A DNA stretch of 64,000 bases from Negaprion brevirostris (GCA_030324005.1 JARDVH010000132.1:81331437-81395436); one strand, 5' to 3'; shown: positions 12,908 through 26,691, numbered from the stretch's first letter. The notes: generated by a model from the letters alone, not told the origin. Numbers and translations: made by a program.

Positions 12908-14369
12908 NNNNNNNNNNNNNNNNNNNNNNNNNNNNNNNNNNNNNNNNNNNNNNNNNNNNNNNNNNNNNNNNNNNNNNNNNNNNNNNNNNNNNNNNNNNNN
13001 NNNNNNNGTTTTCAAAGCCCTCTGTGCCTCACCCCTTCCTATCTCTAACCCCACAACAGGATAAACTGCAAGTTTGGAGCAAGGCACATTATTGAAATAG
13101 CTTAAGTTTGGGAACTGTCCTGATTTTTTGGGGAAGGTTAGTTTTTAAAAAACACGATAAATCTGCTTTTAGTCACACCGTTTAACCATTGAAAACACAA
13201 TATGTTGCGGTAAAATGAATCTAATGCCTTGTTAGACAAATGGCATCATTCTACAACACACTAATCAAAATAGGCACTTGCGTTATCAGCTGCTTTGAAA
13301 ACAAAAGTAAATGCAAAAATTTTTTAGTTTCACATTTCACATACCTACATTAACCATATTATGGTACTTGCCCAATTTTATATTTACCATATATGGTACT
13401 TCCCCAATTTGTTTTTGCACGTCAACATCAAATCTCAAAAGCTGTCAAGGTGCTAGGGTGACCATCAGATTATGTAATCAGAGTAACTGTAAATACTCTA
13501 GGTAGACACATAACTGGCTTGTAAAGTGTAAAGGTTGGACAAATGCCAACACAAGTACCGGACACAGCTGTTACAGTAGCCTCTGTTGCCAAGCAAGCCC
13601 AGTACTTCTCTTCCTCAGCCCCACTGTTTCAAAACTAAAATTAGGAGAAAATTCACTAAAAAATAATCAGAGCTGGCAGTACTTAAATGCCACTTTACTG
13701 TAACATTACTATATCAGGGCTTATAATAAATGATGCGCCACTGGAATAGTGAAGCCCAATTACTTCCACAGATACCCATAAAAGCCCTTTGGGAATCAAA
13801 AAGATACATTCATTTACAGGACTTGGGTGCTACTGGCCAGGGCAGCATTAATTGCCCATCTCCAGTTGCCCTGAGATGGTGAGCTGCATTCCTAAACTAC
13901 TTCAGTCCCTCATGTGTAGATATACTCAGTACTGTTATGGAAGGAGTTCAAGAACTTTTGACCCAGCAACTGTGAAAAAATTATAATATATTTTGAAATC
14001 AGGATGAGTGTGGCTTGGAGGGAAACTTGCAAAAAGTGCTGTTTCCTTGTATCTGCTGCCCTTGTCCTTCTAGATGGTAGTGGTCGCACATTTGGAAGGA
14101 GCCTTGGTGACATCCTGCAGTGCATCTTCAAAATGGTACACACTGCTGCCACTTTTCTTCAGTGAAGAGAGTGAACATTTGTGGAAGGGATGCTGATCAA
14201 GTAGGCTGCTGTGTCCTGGATGGTGTTGAACTTCAATTGCACTCATCCAGGCAAAATGGAGAATATTCCATCACACTAAAGCATATTTTACCAGCACAAC
14301 TGAAAGACATGCAAATACTGAAGGCTAGGGATTCAAACAACTCTCCAAGATCTATGATGACAAGTACTA

Positions 14370-14660
14370 GATAAGTGAATGTTGCCCCACTGAAGCTGCT
14401 GCCTTTCAAGTGAAAAATTAGATAGGCATAAAGGATCTCATTCTACTACATGAGAAATACGGGAGTTCTTCCTGTTCAATTTTTATTCCTAAATATCAGT
14501 GAAAAACAAGTAGATAATATGGTCAATATATTGTTCTTTGAGAGATAGTGATGTGTACAAAATGGTATCCACATTTCTTATACTGCAAAAGTAATTCACT
14601 GGCTAGAAAGTGCTTTGGGACATGAAGTCATGAAACATGTTCAATATATTAAAGTCCGTT
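14370..14660 (+). mobile_element. Degraded Deu-domain SINE
   Basis: gctgcctttcaagtga..., aaaggatctcat, gggagttctt, aagtaattcactggct..aaagtgctttgggaca. Confidence 0.45.
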
Positions 14661-17600
14661 TTCCTTTAAAACTTTTCAGAAGCAGCAACTTCCCAACACA
14701 ACATTGTACTAAACATTTCACAAAAATAGTGCAAACATAACTTGCGTCAATAAACTAACCATTTTTGTGTTTTTAATTTTTATAGGTCCAATGATGTGTA
14801 AGAAATGGCATCTACAGTTTAAAATTTTTGTTTCTATTAATTTTTGTATGTTTTAAATTTCTAGCCTCAAGTCCTGATTTAGGACATAGTACAGTTTCGG
14901 TGACTATGGTGAATCCTTCACAGAAGGAAAATTAAAACAGGAAAACTTACAAAAATAAGCACAAAAAAGGGACCAAGTTGTCTGGGTTAAGGGATTATCA
15001 TGACATAACATTACTACACATGTGGCACAGAGCCCCTAGGTTCAAACAGCACTGCAGAGACTAGAGTATTAAAAAACACTTCCATCTGTACCAGACATCT
15101 TAGGAACCCAGAACTTAGCATAAAACTTTTGGCAATTCATACAGTATCTATTTATAGCCTTAATCCTGGAACAAGGGGAAATCCTCTCTGATGTGAGGAG
15201 GATAACTGCTTCCATCCCCCAAATAATGAATTGGCAACAGCATAAAAGCATTCTTTTAGAACTTCAGATTGGCACTTAACTGGGACAAAATTGTGATTTA
15301 ATTGGTGGGAGGAAGGGGAAGGAAGGAAGAAAGAAAGGAAGAGAGAAAATTCAAATGGAGCCATTAGGTCAGTTTACTTTTTGGTGGCTTTACACCACCC
15401 AACTACATTGAATGACTGGTTTCCAGATGCGCTATATTACAGAAAGGAATATTCTCCCCGGCCTCAAAATTGGTTCCACTCTTCTCACCAAGACAACTTT
15501 AGAAAAATTGCCTTGATACTAAACATTTGGTCACATCACGTACTGATGCAAGTAAACAGGCACATTCTGAAATCTAACAATTAAGCATATTGTATATCTA
15601 AAATTCCATCAAAGACTTACTGAATATCTTCCTCCAGTTATAAGAAACTGTACTTAAATTTCAAGCTACATTTATCAATGCTTTGGGTATAACTGCTCAA
15701 TAGTGGTATCAAATAAACCGTGTCAGAATAAACGAGCTAGTCTAGATGTAGGCATGCAGCAGCCATCACCAAACGAAGCATCAAACAGACTTGAATTGTT
15801 TTCAGATGCTGCCAGATCACCTGAGTTTCGTTTCAGATTCCAGCATCTATGGTATTTTGATGTTTTTGTACCAATATCTGATGATCATGGACAAAATCAT
15901 GGTTAATAGACCAATCTGTGAAGGCTTTTGCCATTTAGGGGCTAGGCAGATATGCAGAGTGATTTGAAAGTATAAAGAAAATACGACAACGGTGGATAAC
16001 TCTGGGATTTATGTTGTTTCATCTTATAGTGTGAAGACTAACGTTAAATATTTAACTAGAACATTAGAGGACAAATGATGCAAGAGCAAAGGACAAGGAG
16101 TATGTGGAGATAAAAGCAAAATACTGCAGATGTAACAAAACAAAATGCTGGAAAATCTCAGCAGGTCTGACAGCATACAGCTGTTGAGTCTCGATGACCC
16201 TTTGTCAGAGCATGCGGAGACATTGTGTGTGAAGCTTAATGCTAAGCCTTGTACAATTCATGGTTAAAATAACTTTTAAAGGAAGTTAAAAGTTTACCAA
16301 ATGCTTTGTTTCTGCAGTCTCTTGCCAATCATAACCAAGGACAATCAAAATTGAGATCAAAATGGTAACAGAAACATTAGTTCGTCTCCTGCTTCTTTTT
16401 CAATGTTGATACATCCACTTGACTGCTTAATTTCTTAACTGCTTTCAGAATGGTTTGGTTTATCTCACTGCACAGGTTGTTGACTTGCATAGCCTTGTTG
16501 ATCAGATCCATGACCTCAGCAGCCTTTTTTTGGGGATCACAGATTATCCTGCTTTTTTTGCTTATTTGGTATTTCTTCAAGTTCACATGTTAACACATTG
16601 TGGGTATATCTTTATGAAAAGTAACAGAGGTAAAGCAACGTTACCACCATCTGGCCTCTCCTTGACTCAGTTCCTTTCTTACCATCACTGCCTGGGCAGC
16701 TCTCCCACTCCACCTTGATTCAAGTATTAAAACCACTGGCATGGCTTCCATTTCTATGGGGGGAGCAGAGGTGGAGTAAGTGAAGTTACTGGCTTTAGCT
16801 CAGCAGAGGGGAGCAGTGTCCTGGATCTTGGTGAGTAAATAATTTCAGTGTCAGATTTAGGGATCCATTACCTGGAAAATTCTAAATCAGAAAAAGGTGC
16901 AAAGCTGATCACAAACCCACTTGACGAAGAGGTGCAGGTTGAACCTGCTCATCTCCAGAAACTTTGTCCACAGCTAAGGTTCAGAAGGAGGGAATGGCAA
17001 GCAGGAGAAATCAGGGAGAGGGAGGTTCAGTGCGAGGGTGGATCAACATGAGGATGGGATACANNNNNNNNNNNNNNNNNNNNNNNNNNNNNNNNNNNNC
17101 ATAATGACCAAAAGCAGCAGAGAGCAGGATGTATGCTGAATGGCAGGAAAGAGGCTGAGAGAGCAGGATCAGCTGCAAGTGGGAGCCAAGTCACAATATT
17201 TCTTTTTAAAGTTTAAAAATATTTAATATAGGAGTTTAGCAATGTGAAGCACTCCAACTTGAGGAGTGAACCTTTTTCCCGACGAGCAAGATTGTACAGA
17301 ACCTAACTACAGCTCTTATATTCTTGGGAAAATGTGATTTGCTTAGTTGCAATTTTCAGGAATGTGACCTCGCCTTCTAAGCGAGGACTTGCTGCACAAG
17401 CAATTAACTCTGACTTGAAGAAAGTCCATTGCTAGAGAAAATCCCAAAAATGACTTTGGCTGCGGAATTTATGCAAACTAATTAGGAGTGAAGTGGTCTT
17501 CATCAGGTCTGTCACATTTGCTAGAGCAAGACAACCATGTGAATTATGAACTATTCTTTTGCTTATAACATGTAAAAGTGAATATTCTCTCCAGTTCAAC

Positions 17601-18235
17601 TTTCCCAAGTAAGCCTTGAGGGTGCATATCATGGAATATGAATAAATAGGAAAATGGGTGCCCGATTCATGCACAGCATGCTTACTGATTATGAAAGTTG
17701 GGAAAGGGGGGTTTTAGCTGCTCTGACACCAGTCTCTAACATGTTCTCAATTCTGTTTCCAGACTTCAAAACCCTTTGCCATAGCCAAAGATCTTTAACA
17801 GCTAGCGTCATATTCTCACTTTTCTTCACAACTGAAGTCAAATTTATTTTTCCCCCTCATCTAGTAAAGCCATGCTGTCTTTACTTGCTTTTTACATCCA
17901 CAAAAGCATTTTACACTTTTTTCAAATTTTTAAAGAAATTTCTAGTCACTTGAAGACAGTGGAGCTTGGAATACTTTCCATTTTAATACTTTATCAACAC
18001 CAATTCAGCTCATCATTACTAGGATTATTTACATTCCCACTTATTCAAAAGGAGCTTATATTCACGTAGCATCTTTAATAATAATTCCCAAGTGCTTCAA
18101 AGGAATATTGTAAAATAAAATGACACCAATTCACTGAGGAGATAACAGATCCAAAGATTTGATTAAACAGGTAGGTTTTAAAGGGTATCTTATTGGAGGA
18201 AAGAAGGGGCAGAGAGATCGAGAGAGAATTCCAGA

Positions 18236-18575
18236 GAACATAAGAAATCAGAGCAGGAGTAGGCCATCTAGCCCTTCGAGCCTGCCCCGCCATTCAATAA
18301 GATCATGGCTCAGCTGAAGTGGATCAGTTCCACTTTCCCGCTTTCTCCCCATAACCCTCAATTCCCTTGTCTATCAAAAACCTATCTACCCGTGACTTAA
18401 ATATATTTNNNNNNNNNNNNNNNNNNNNNNNNNNNNNNNNNNNNNNNNNNNNNNNNNNNNNNNNNNNNNNNNNNNNNNNNNNNNNNNNNNNNNNNNNNNN
18501 NNNNNNNNTCCTACTATTATTTCTGCCAAAGTGGATAACCTCACACTTGCTAACATTATTAACATTATACTCCAC
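18236..18575 (-). mobile_element. Young CR1 3' fragment containing a 100-N gap
   Basis: MEYNV.KCEVIHFGRNN and NIFKSRVDRFLIDKGIEGYGEKAGKW, plus the typical tail. Confidence 0.85.
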
Positions 18576-19107
18576 CTGCCTAGATTCTAGAGCTTAGAGA
18601 CTAGGCAACTGAGGTGCAGCTACCAAAGTTAGGGAAGCTCAACAGGCTAAATGTAGATGAACATATATGGGAGGGTTGAGGCTAGAAGAGATTACAGAGA
18701 TAGATCATAGAGGGATACGAAAACAAAGATCAGAATTTTAAAAACTGAGAAGTTGTTTGACTGGGAGCCAATGTAGGTTAGTGAGCACAGCGTGCTCGGT
18801 GAATGGGAGGGTATGAGTTAGAACATGAACAAGTGTTTTGGTTGGCCTCAAATTTAGAGGGTATAATGTTGGAGACCAGCCAGGAGTGCACTTGAATAGG
18901 CGAGTACTGAGGTAACAACAGGCATGCTTTTTGTGATGTTTACGGAGGTGGAACTAGGCAGTCTTACTGATGTCATGAACACGGAAGCAGAAATTCACCT
19001 CATGTTGAAATATGACAAAGTTTCAAACTGACTAGCTTAGAGATTGTTGCCACCAAGTGGCATAAAGTTAGTCAATGGAACAGAGTTTAGCGTGTTTCTG
19101 AAACAAA

Positions 19108-19420
19108 GGGTGGCATGGGGGCACAAGGTTAGTGCTGCTGCCTCTCAGCACCAGGGACCTGGGTTCAATTCCAACCTCAGGTGAATGTGTATTTCACATT
19201 TGCCCCGTGTCTGTGTGGGTTACCTCCAGGCGCTCCAATTTCCTCCCACAGTCCAAAGATGTGCAGGTTAAATTGAACGGCCGTGCTAAGTTGATCCTTT
19301 GTGTCAGAGGGATTAGCAGGGTAAATACATGGAGTTATAGGGAAAGGGCCAGGGTGGGATTGTCGTCAGTGCTGGCTCGACTGGCCGAACGACGACCTTC
19401 TGCACTGTAGGGATTCTATA
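19108..19420 (+). mobile_element. HE1-type tRNA-derived V-SINE
   Basis: tRNA-like head (ggttagtgctgctgcctctcagcaccagggacctgggttcaattcc), V-domain (ttcctcccacagtccaaagatgtgcaggtta) and a CR1-like tail. Confidence 0.85.
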
Positions 19421-21273
19421 GGTTTCAGTCTAACCAATATTTAAATTGGGTGTTGGCCGAGTAATCTGATAATTTAGGAGTAGTAGAGGTGTTGAGAGAA
19501 ATGGTGGGGAGATGGAACTGGGTATCACCAGTTTACACATGAAAGCTAATGCTGTGCTGTTGGTTTCACTGCAGAGCAACATATAGATGAGAAAAAGATG
19601 ACAAAGATAGATCCTTGGAGTACTCCAGAGATAATAGGTGAAGGAGCAGGATGAGAAGCCATTGAAGGTGATTTTCTGGCTACAATTCGATAGATACAAT
19701 AGAATCGTGCAAGAGAGATCCCAACCAGCTAGAAGAAAAGATAAGATGTTGGAGGAGGGTGGTGTGGTTACCTGTGACAAAGTTTCCTGCAGGTCAAGGT
19801 GAGAAAGTTTCTCTTTTTCATAGCCACACAGGATGTCACTTGTGACTTTTAAAATAGCCAGTATAATACTGTGGCAGGGGCACAAACCCCAGAGCTCCAG
19901 AAAAGATGGGAATGGATAACACATTCTAGGACTTGAAGAAAGAGTAATGTTTAGGAGAAAGGTGGGGTTGAGGATAACAGAGGTTATGTTAATCAGCAAT
20001 CATGAGATTTTCATCTTCATGCAGATTGGATGAATCAAATATGCAAAAATAGCATGGAGTGTGATTTCATAACAGCATGTTCAAGACAGTTTCTTATAGC
20101 AATGTGTCCTGGAGTCAACCAGCAAACCAACTATATTAGACCTGGCAATACAAAATGAGGCAGGATTAATAATTTCATAGTAAAGAATCCTTTAAGGATG
20201 AGAAATTTGGATCTGAAACTAGCATCTTAAACTTAAATAAAGCTAATTACAATGGCATGAGGACAGAGACAAAGACAAGTGGGTTAAATGATAGTAAAGA
20301 AACAGAAACAACAGATGCAACAACTCATCTAAATTAAGCCTACAATCTCCTCAAAAGAACATACCTCAAAATTAAACAGGAGGGTGGAATAAGGAGCTAA
20401 CAACATACACTTTGTTAACTATTTGTACATCCATGCAGTCTCGAGACAAACTTGTCAAGAATCACGTTCGTGAGTTCTCTAGCCTCAACCTTGTTGGACA
20501 TGTGGGCAAAAGAAACAAGAAAAAAAAAGTGTTCTGTACTTTTCAGAATCTCTGTTCAAAATTCAGGTGGTGTTCCATATTTATAAGTGAATAAATAATT
20601 CCATGGTGAACGTTTATGGAAATGGAATGGTTCAAATACCAAAAAAGCTCAAGTCAAAATGAAGCTATGATGGTATAGGAAGAAGAAAACCTAATTTCTC
20701 CAGCACAATTGACTGTACAAATATTTTCCATCTCTCTACCAAACACATCTGCATCTTCAGATTTTTCACAGATGTGTCTTAGCTCTTATTTTCACCAAGG
20801 TAGTCTGGATATCAAGCTAGGTTTCACAAAACAACCTTATGAAGGAAATAAAACAGAAGTAATACAGAAAGAGAGCAGATAAATGTGAAGACTATTCACT
20901 CATGGATGCATGGGTGATCAAATCATTAAACATGATAGAGCAGGTTGGGATTAATAAGGCAATGAGATCTTAGATTTTGTAAACAGCGGCAGAGAGTACA
21001 AAAGCAAACAAATGATGAAGAACTTACGTAAAACACTGGTTTGACCACAACTTAATGCCGGTTTCAATTGAGTGCCACCCTTTAGGAACGCTGCAAAGGC
21101 TTCAGAGAGGATGCAGAGAAAATTTACTAGAATTATTCCAGGATGAAAACAATGTTTTCATCAATCTCATGCCTGTCATGGCCCACCTGCTCCATCATAG
21201 TTATGCATCATACATCAATGCAGTATGGAAGGATCATTGCTTTGTTAAATGTTATCCTATGCGCCCATCCACA

Positions 21274-21920
21274 TTGGTGGCACAAAGGTTAGCACTGCCT
21301 TTCAGTGCCAAGGACTACATGAAACAACTGCAATTGAATTGGTTTGCCAGAACACTATCACAAGTAGACATGCAACTAAATAGTAACTCTGGTCAGGTAG
21401 GTCTTACCCTGGTTTATCCAAATTATAATTCAATTGGCTAAATTACATGTTTAAATCTCAAGACAAAGATCCAGCAATGACTCTCGTTGCTCAATTTTTC
21501 ATATGCAGGAAAAAAATGTCTGAGGTAGTGAACTTAAAATGACTATAGAATGAGTAAGGGATAACCTAGCACAACTCAGGTTAATAGGGTTCAAGGGAAA
21601 AACCTCAAGTGGCTGAAGTCACGTCCAAACAAAACGTTAGTTCTGATTTGAACTCCAGTGGCCAATCCATTAATCAGCAGTTGCAAATTGCAACATCTTT
21701 AGCTACTTCAATGACTTGATTGCCACTTGGATCACTGTCTGTGTGGAGTGTGCACATTCTGTGCATCTGCGTGGGTCTCCTCTGGTTTCCTCCCACAATC
21801 TGAAAGACACGGTTAGATGCATTGACCTGAATAGGCGCCAGTGTGGGGCAACAAAGGGAGTTTCATAGTAACTTCATTGCAGTGTTAATGCAAGCCTTAC
21901 TTGTGACTAATAAATAAAAC
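21274..21920 (+). mobile_element. HE1-like SINE split by a ~400 bp insertion
   Basis: Head at 21274-21315 (tggtggcacaaaggttagcactgcc...cagtgccaaggac); the body resumes at ~21716 (ttgattgccacttggatcactgtctgtgtggag...taataaataaa). Confidence 0.75.
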
Positions 21921-22778
21921 AAACACTATCCTCAAGCGGACATGAGATCTATAGGCTGTATTTGAAATAAAGCAGGATGCTTGCTTAACGTTATGCCTAA
22001 TATTCATTCTTCAAACTACACAAGCAAAAAACAAAGGGTTTTGTTCCTGGGTTCTTGTGCTCAAATTAGAATAATGGAATTGTACAACTCAGGAGGGGGT
22101 CTTTGAAAGAGTTGTTCAATTTGGTGCCATACTTGCGCTTTTCCTCTAATCATGGCAGATTAATCCTCTGTAGGTAAATGTCCAATTGCTTTTTGAAAGC
22201 AAATTAGCAAAAGTTGTTGTATCATTGATTTATTGGGAATCAAAGCATAGTTAAAGAAAAGAGACATATGACCGAAGTGGAGAAAACAAAAAAAAAAGGA
22301 CCTAATGCCTGCTTTTGAGGAAAGAAAGACCACTATGCTTTCAGGTGAAGAAGTTTCATACAAAATCAGTGCTACATGAAGCAATTGCAATTGAATTGGT
22401 TTGCCAGAACACTACCAACACAAGCAGACACACAACAGATCATTATCTCTGGTCAGGTAGTCTTACCCTAGTTTATACAAATTATAATTCAATTGGCTAA
22501 ATTACATGTTTAAATCTCAAGGCAAAAGATCCAGCAATGATACCTGTTGCTCAATTCTTCAAATGCAGAAAGGGAAAAGAAAATGAGGTAGTGAAATTAA
22601 ATGACAACCACAGAATGAGTAAGGGATAACCTAGCACAACTGAGGTTAATAGAGTTCAAGGGGAAAACCTTGTGTGGCTGAAGTCGTGCCCAAAATGTTA
22701 GTTCTGGCCACTGGAGTTCAAATCAATCTATTAATCAACAGTTGTAAAATGCAACATCTTTAACTACTTCAATGACTT
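21315..22778 (+). repeat. Direct duplication of ~400 bp (21315-21717 and 22372-22778)
   Basis: Both copies run ctacatgaa...ctacttcaatgactt, with long identical blocks such as aattataattcaattggctaaattacatgtttaaatctcaag. Confidence 0.95.
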
Positions 22779-24794
22779 CCCTCCTCTCTTTTATTTACAC
22801 TGATAATTCCAGTGTTTAGTTCTATTTATTCAATAATAAATGTTGAAAGTTGCCTAGGTCCTGCTGTAGGTAGACATTGATTGCTTTATGCTACAGAAAT
22901 ACTAAACATTAATGACTTTACAAAAGACTTAAAAGATGGGGAAGGGCTTTTATCCAACTTCAGGACAGAATCATAATTAGCTAAGGGCTCTCTGCATCAG
23001 CACTGTGAAAGGCAGAGTAACTACAATGTCAGCTAGTCATATCAAGGAAGGAAAACAGAATTTTCTAGCACTTTTCACAACTTGTACTTAAATAGAACCT
23101 TTTAAAGATAATAAAACTTCAAGGCACTTCAACTACAGGATATTTCAAATTAATTTACAGCCAATGAAGTACCAGTGCTCAGTTCAAGGTACATCAGCTG
23201 CATAATGGAACACTCACCACTCGCACGGATCATTTAGCCACTATGGGATTTGAGAGCTTGACACTGTCCAGGAATAGAGCAGCTCACTAGTGGGCACAGC
23301 ATTCATCCCTCCAGCAGGGGTACACTGCAGCTGCATCATACAATCTTTATAGGGGGCACTACAAAAATTTACCAAGTTTACTTCAACATCTCCAAGTTTC
23401 CAACAATCAGGAAACAACAAATGTCAAAATGCCATTCCAGACACTATTTTCATTTCACATGTGCTCACTATCCTTACATAACTTCTGGAATCCTAGAATT
23501 CACCACCCAACAAAAAGCACTATAATTCAAAGAGACAGGCTGCCACCATCTTTGCTCTATAACTAGAGATGGATACTAAATGTGACCTTGCCAACATACT
23601 TCAAACATACGTAAAAAGGATAATTTTTAAATAGATTTAGAGAGAATAACCATGGGAATAATGTTGTATCAAGACAACGTTTTACAGTCTTCAAAATTTT
23701 CTGTCAATGAATTATGTAGAAGATATACACAGACCACAGGGCAGTTAGCTAAAAAGAAACTTCCACTCAGATGCATAAAAAAAAAGGGGTAAAGCCACCA
23801 GTGAGAGGCAGATGCATACGAATCCACAAAAAGACAAGAAACATGCACACACAAAAAACCTTATTTTTCAATTTGGGTTCACTAACAAGATAGGGAAAGT
23901 TTCCAACAGGCTGGCTGTGATCTTACCACTAGGACACTACTAACATCTGTCAGAGCAATCCAAACTTGAGGATACCCATTTCTAAATCATGTGACAAGTA
24001 ATTGGTGCTTGATTTAATACAAGCCACTGAAACAAATACACTTCCATTGAATTTCATCAGTGAAAAGGAAGAAACTTGCATTTGAGTGCCTCCCTCACAT
24101 ACAGCAGGACATTCTTAAGTACTGCAAGAGAAATTAAGTATATAAATGCAACTGCCTTTTATTTCACAAACCAATATCAGAACAACTATTAAATAACCAA
24201 AATACAAAAGTACGAAAATATCCCCTTGCAGGATATTGCACTTCTGCTCACTCCAATAAAAACATTGTGGTGTTTTGCAGACCTTCACAATGTAACACTA
24301 TTTTTTGAGTGACAGATTACAGATGCTGAGAACTCATTCACTTTGATTTCAAATCCAACTAGATACGTTGCAAAAAGAGTTAAGTTACTGCATGGTAAGC
24401 TGTTTTACATGCTTGTACATTTTGAATTTCTCTCATCTCTGCCTAATGGTCAAATGATGCTGACAGCTTTCCCATAGGTAGGCCGATCAGTTGACATTTG
24501 AAAATCTGAAAATTTTTGAACTCTACAGGTATTTTGTTATTTTCCTCTTCACAAGACTAAAATGTTGCATTCATCATAGAAAGTAAGTGTTAGGGTGGAT
24601 TGCAACATTTTGATCTTTTAATGAATTTTGTTTGAAATCAAAATCTTTTATACCATAATACTTTTCACATCTTCATGTTCAATGATTAGTACAGAGAATG
24701 GCCATAATACTCAATAACGCTATTATGCCAATCACACCAACCTCTTTTCCATTAATAATCCCATTTATCATATACATGCCCCCAAACTCAATTA

Positions 24795-25005
24795 AGTTTA
24801 TTTACTAGTCACAAAGCAGGCTTACATTAACATTGCAGTGAAGTTACTGTGAAATTCTCTTAGTTGCTGCACTGACACCTGTTCAGGTCAATGCAACTAA
24901 TCTAACCAGCGTATCCGTGGGAGGAAACCTGCAGAGATATGGGGAGAACATGCAAACTCCATACAGACAGTGACCCAAGCTGGGAATCAAATCCAGGTCC
25001 CTGGG
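24795..25005 (-). mobile_element. HE1-like SINE (same subfamily as 21716-21920), followed by a plus-strand SINE head at ~25005-25050
   Basis: tttatttactagtcaca...ttaacattgcagtgaagttact...tgcaaactccatacagacagtgacccaagc. Confidence 0.8.
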
Positions 25006-25584
25006 AGTGGCACGGTGGCAGTAATTAGCACTGCTGCCTCACAGCACCATTCTATCAACTTTCCTTGCAAGTAATTTCATAATTTCTAACTTGTGCCCTC
25101 AGGTATTTCAAAGTTTTTGATAGGGATAAATCTTTCGACAAGTTCAAATACTAACTTTTCCCTCATTGCTCATCATTTAAATTCCTCATTATTGAAATTT
25201 GCTTTCTGAAATCATATTATTGATTCTTCTCAAGAGCAATGCAATTTTCCTATGAGTAGGTAACAAAAGCAGCATCAAGTACTCTATACAGAGACCATCC
25301 ATTATGATTTGTGCACTGCTTCTAATAATGCAAGTCATTTCACTTTTTAAAAAAAATGTAATTAGTTTTGGAAGTTGCAGGTTTATCCACAATAGCCTGA
25401 AGCACCTTTTTTCTGAAATCAAGAGGCAGGCAATGAACTGGTTATGTTATTTGACTAACATAACACTGAGGCATGGATTAATAAACCAGGATCCATTACA
25501 TTTTTAAACTCCACCATGACAGTTTGAGAATTTGAACGAGTGAAGAAGAAATCTGAAAATATCTTTTAGTAATCCTGTCCCCAT

Positions 25585-25685
25585 AGGGCAGGATTCTCTG
25601 GCCTCACTCACCCCCAAAACTGGAAAATCCTGCCCAAGGTCAACCTCAATTCCCATGGCGGGCGAGACAGTAAAATTTGCCTCAA
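25585..25685. mobile_element. Short MITE-like remnant
   Basis: Inverted repeat gggcaggatt...aatcctgccc. Confidence 0.35.
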
Positions 25686-26691
25686 TCTTCACCTAGTTCA
25701 ACACGTGACACACATCTTTCTTTTTAACTGCCTTCTGAAGTAGTCTAGCAAGTCACTCACTCAGTTATATCAGCCAAATCAGAATTACTAAGTTTAGGTA
25801 TAAATACCAAAATTGTCCAAAATTTCTTTTAATGACATTAAGATGGAAATGTCCCATACTTGTTTTGGTTCCTTGTTCTCAGAATAATTTCACTCTTAAA
25901 TCGAATAGAATGTGATCATTGTTATTCAATGTGATTCCCATGACCTTAAAGCCTTTGGAATCTGGCTGTATCATTTACACTAACTCCTACCTTGGCATCT
26001 TTGGCATAGGTGGAAACTTAACTCACTATATTTTTACTCACGACATTATTAAAAAAGCAAAACCATCCTCAGGGTACATCACTTGGAAATCATAGGATTT
26101 CTCATTTTTAAAATCAAATTGCATCCTCTGCCATACTCCACTTCCGAATAAGTTTACTGAGGATCCAGGTACAGAATAATTGTGCTGATCAACTCACCGG
26201 GGAGTATGCCATTCTCAACAACACCCAGTTCAAAGTGCTGAAGAGAAAAGGGGCTTGCACCTTCCATGATGGTCACCTTGCACCAATTTAAGCTGCCCTG
26301 AAATCTGGCAAGGATAGGCTGATTGACTGCCCCAGGGCACTGTTTCAAATGCTCCTCCTGGCCCATGAATTAAGTGCCTTGGGCTTACTTCAGACTTTCC
26401 TTACAACATCCTCAAGCTTGGTTTGACTCTACATCAGCCATTTCCAAGACAATACAATACACCTGCCACCCCTCACCCAACATTGCGACTGTCACCTCAC
26501 TATTTGAAAAGCTGAAACCAGTGTTACCACCTCACTTCAAAGCTAAAATATTCTAATGCGTGCAACACAACTTCCCGTTTATATCCACAAGTTTTCATTT
26601 TGTTTAAATCTCATATTTACTAAGACTGACAGCATAGAAAGGAATTTAAATACCCATTGTAACTCTGTACTAAACATTAAGGCACACTTAC

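Larger units (their letters stand above)
18060..20000 (-). mobile_element. L2-like LINE interrupted by a younger CR1 piece and a HE1 SINE
   Basis: Reverse-strand L2 RT remnants (K.TSDIL, L..LDL..., W..SYLSN.SQ, G.PQGS.L, F.IYML, FH.YA.DTQ.Y) continuing to an L2 tail near 18060. Confidence 0.7.

Noticed and set aside
19108-19175. tRNA-like sequence (also in other SINE heads)
   Set aside because: A/B-box-like heads of HE1 SINEs, not cloverleaf tRNA genes.
19430-19999. 189 aa ORF, and a plus-strand DRY codon string (~19690) as a possible GPCR TM3
   Set aside because: It lies in a decayed L2 reverse-transcriptase region and has no TM3 context.
20440-20500. Run of short palindromes and hairpins
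   Set aside because: Stems are short and imperfect with no recognisable ncRNA motif; compatible with chance.
1-26691. IGF2BP3 exon 4 (VLD.LL.QYG.VE.CEQ)
   Set aside because: No matching sequence found by eye; probably beyond the window or in a gap.
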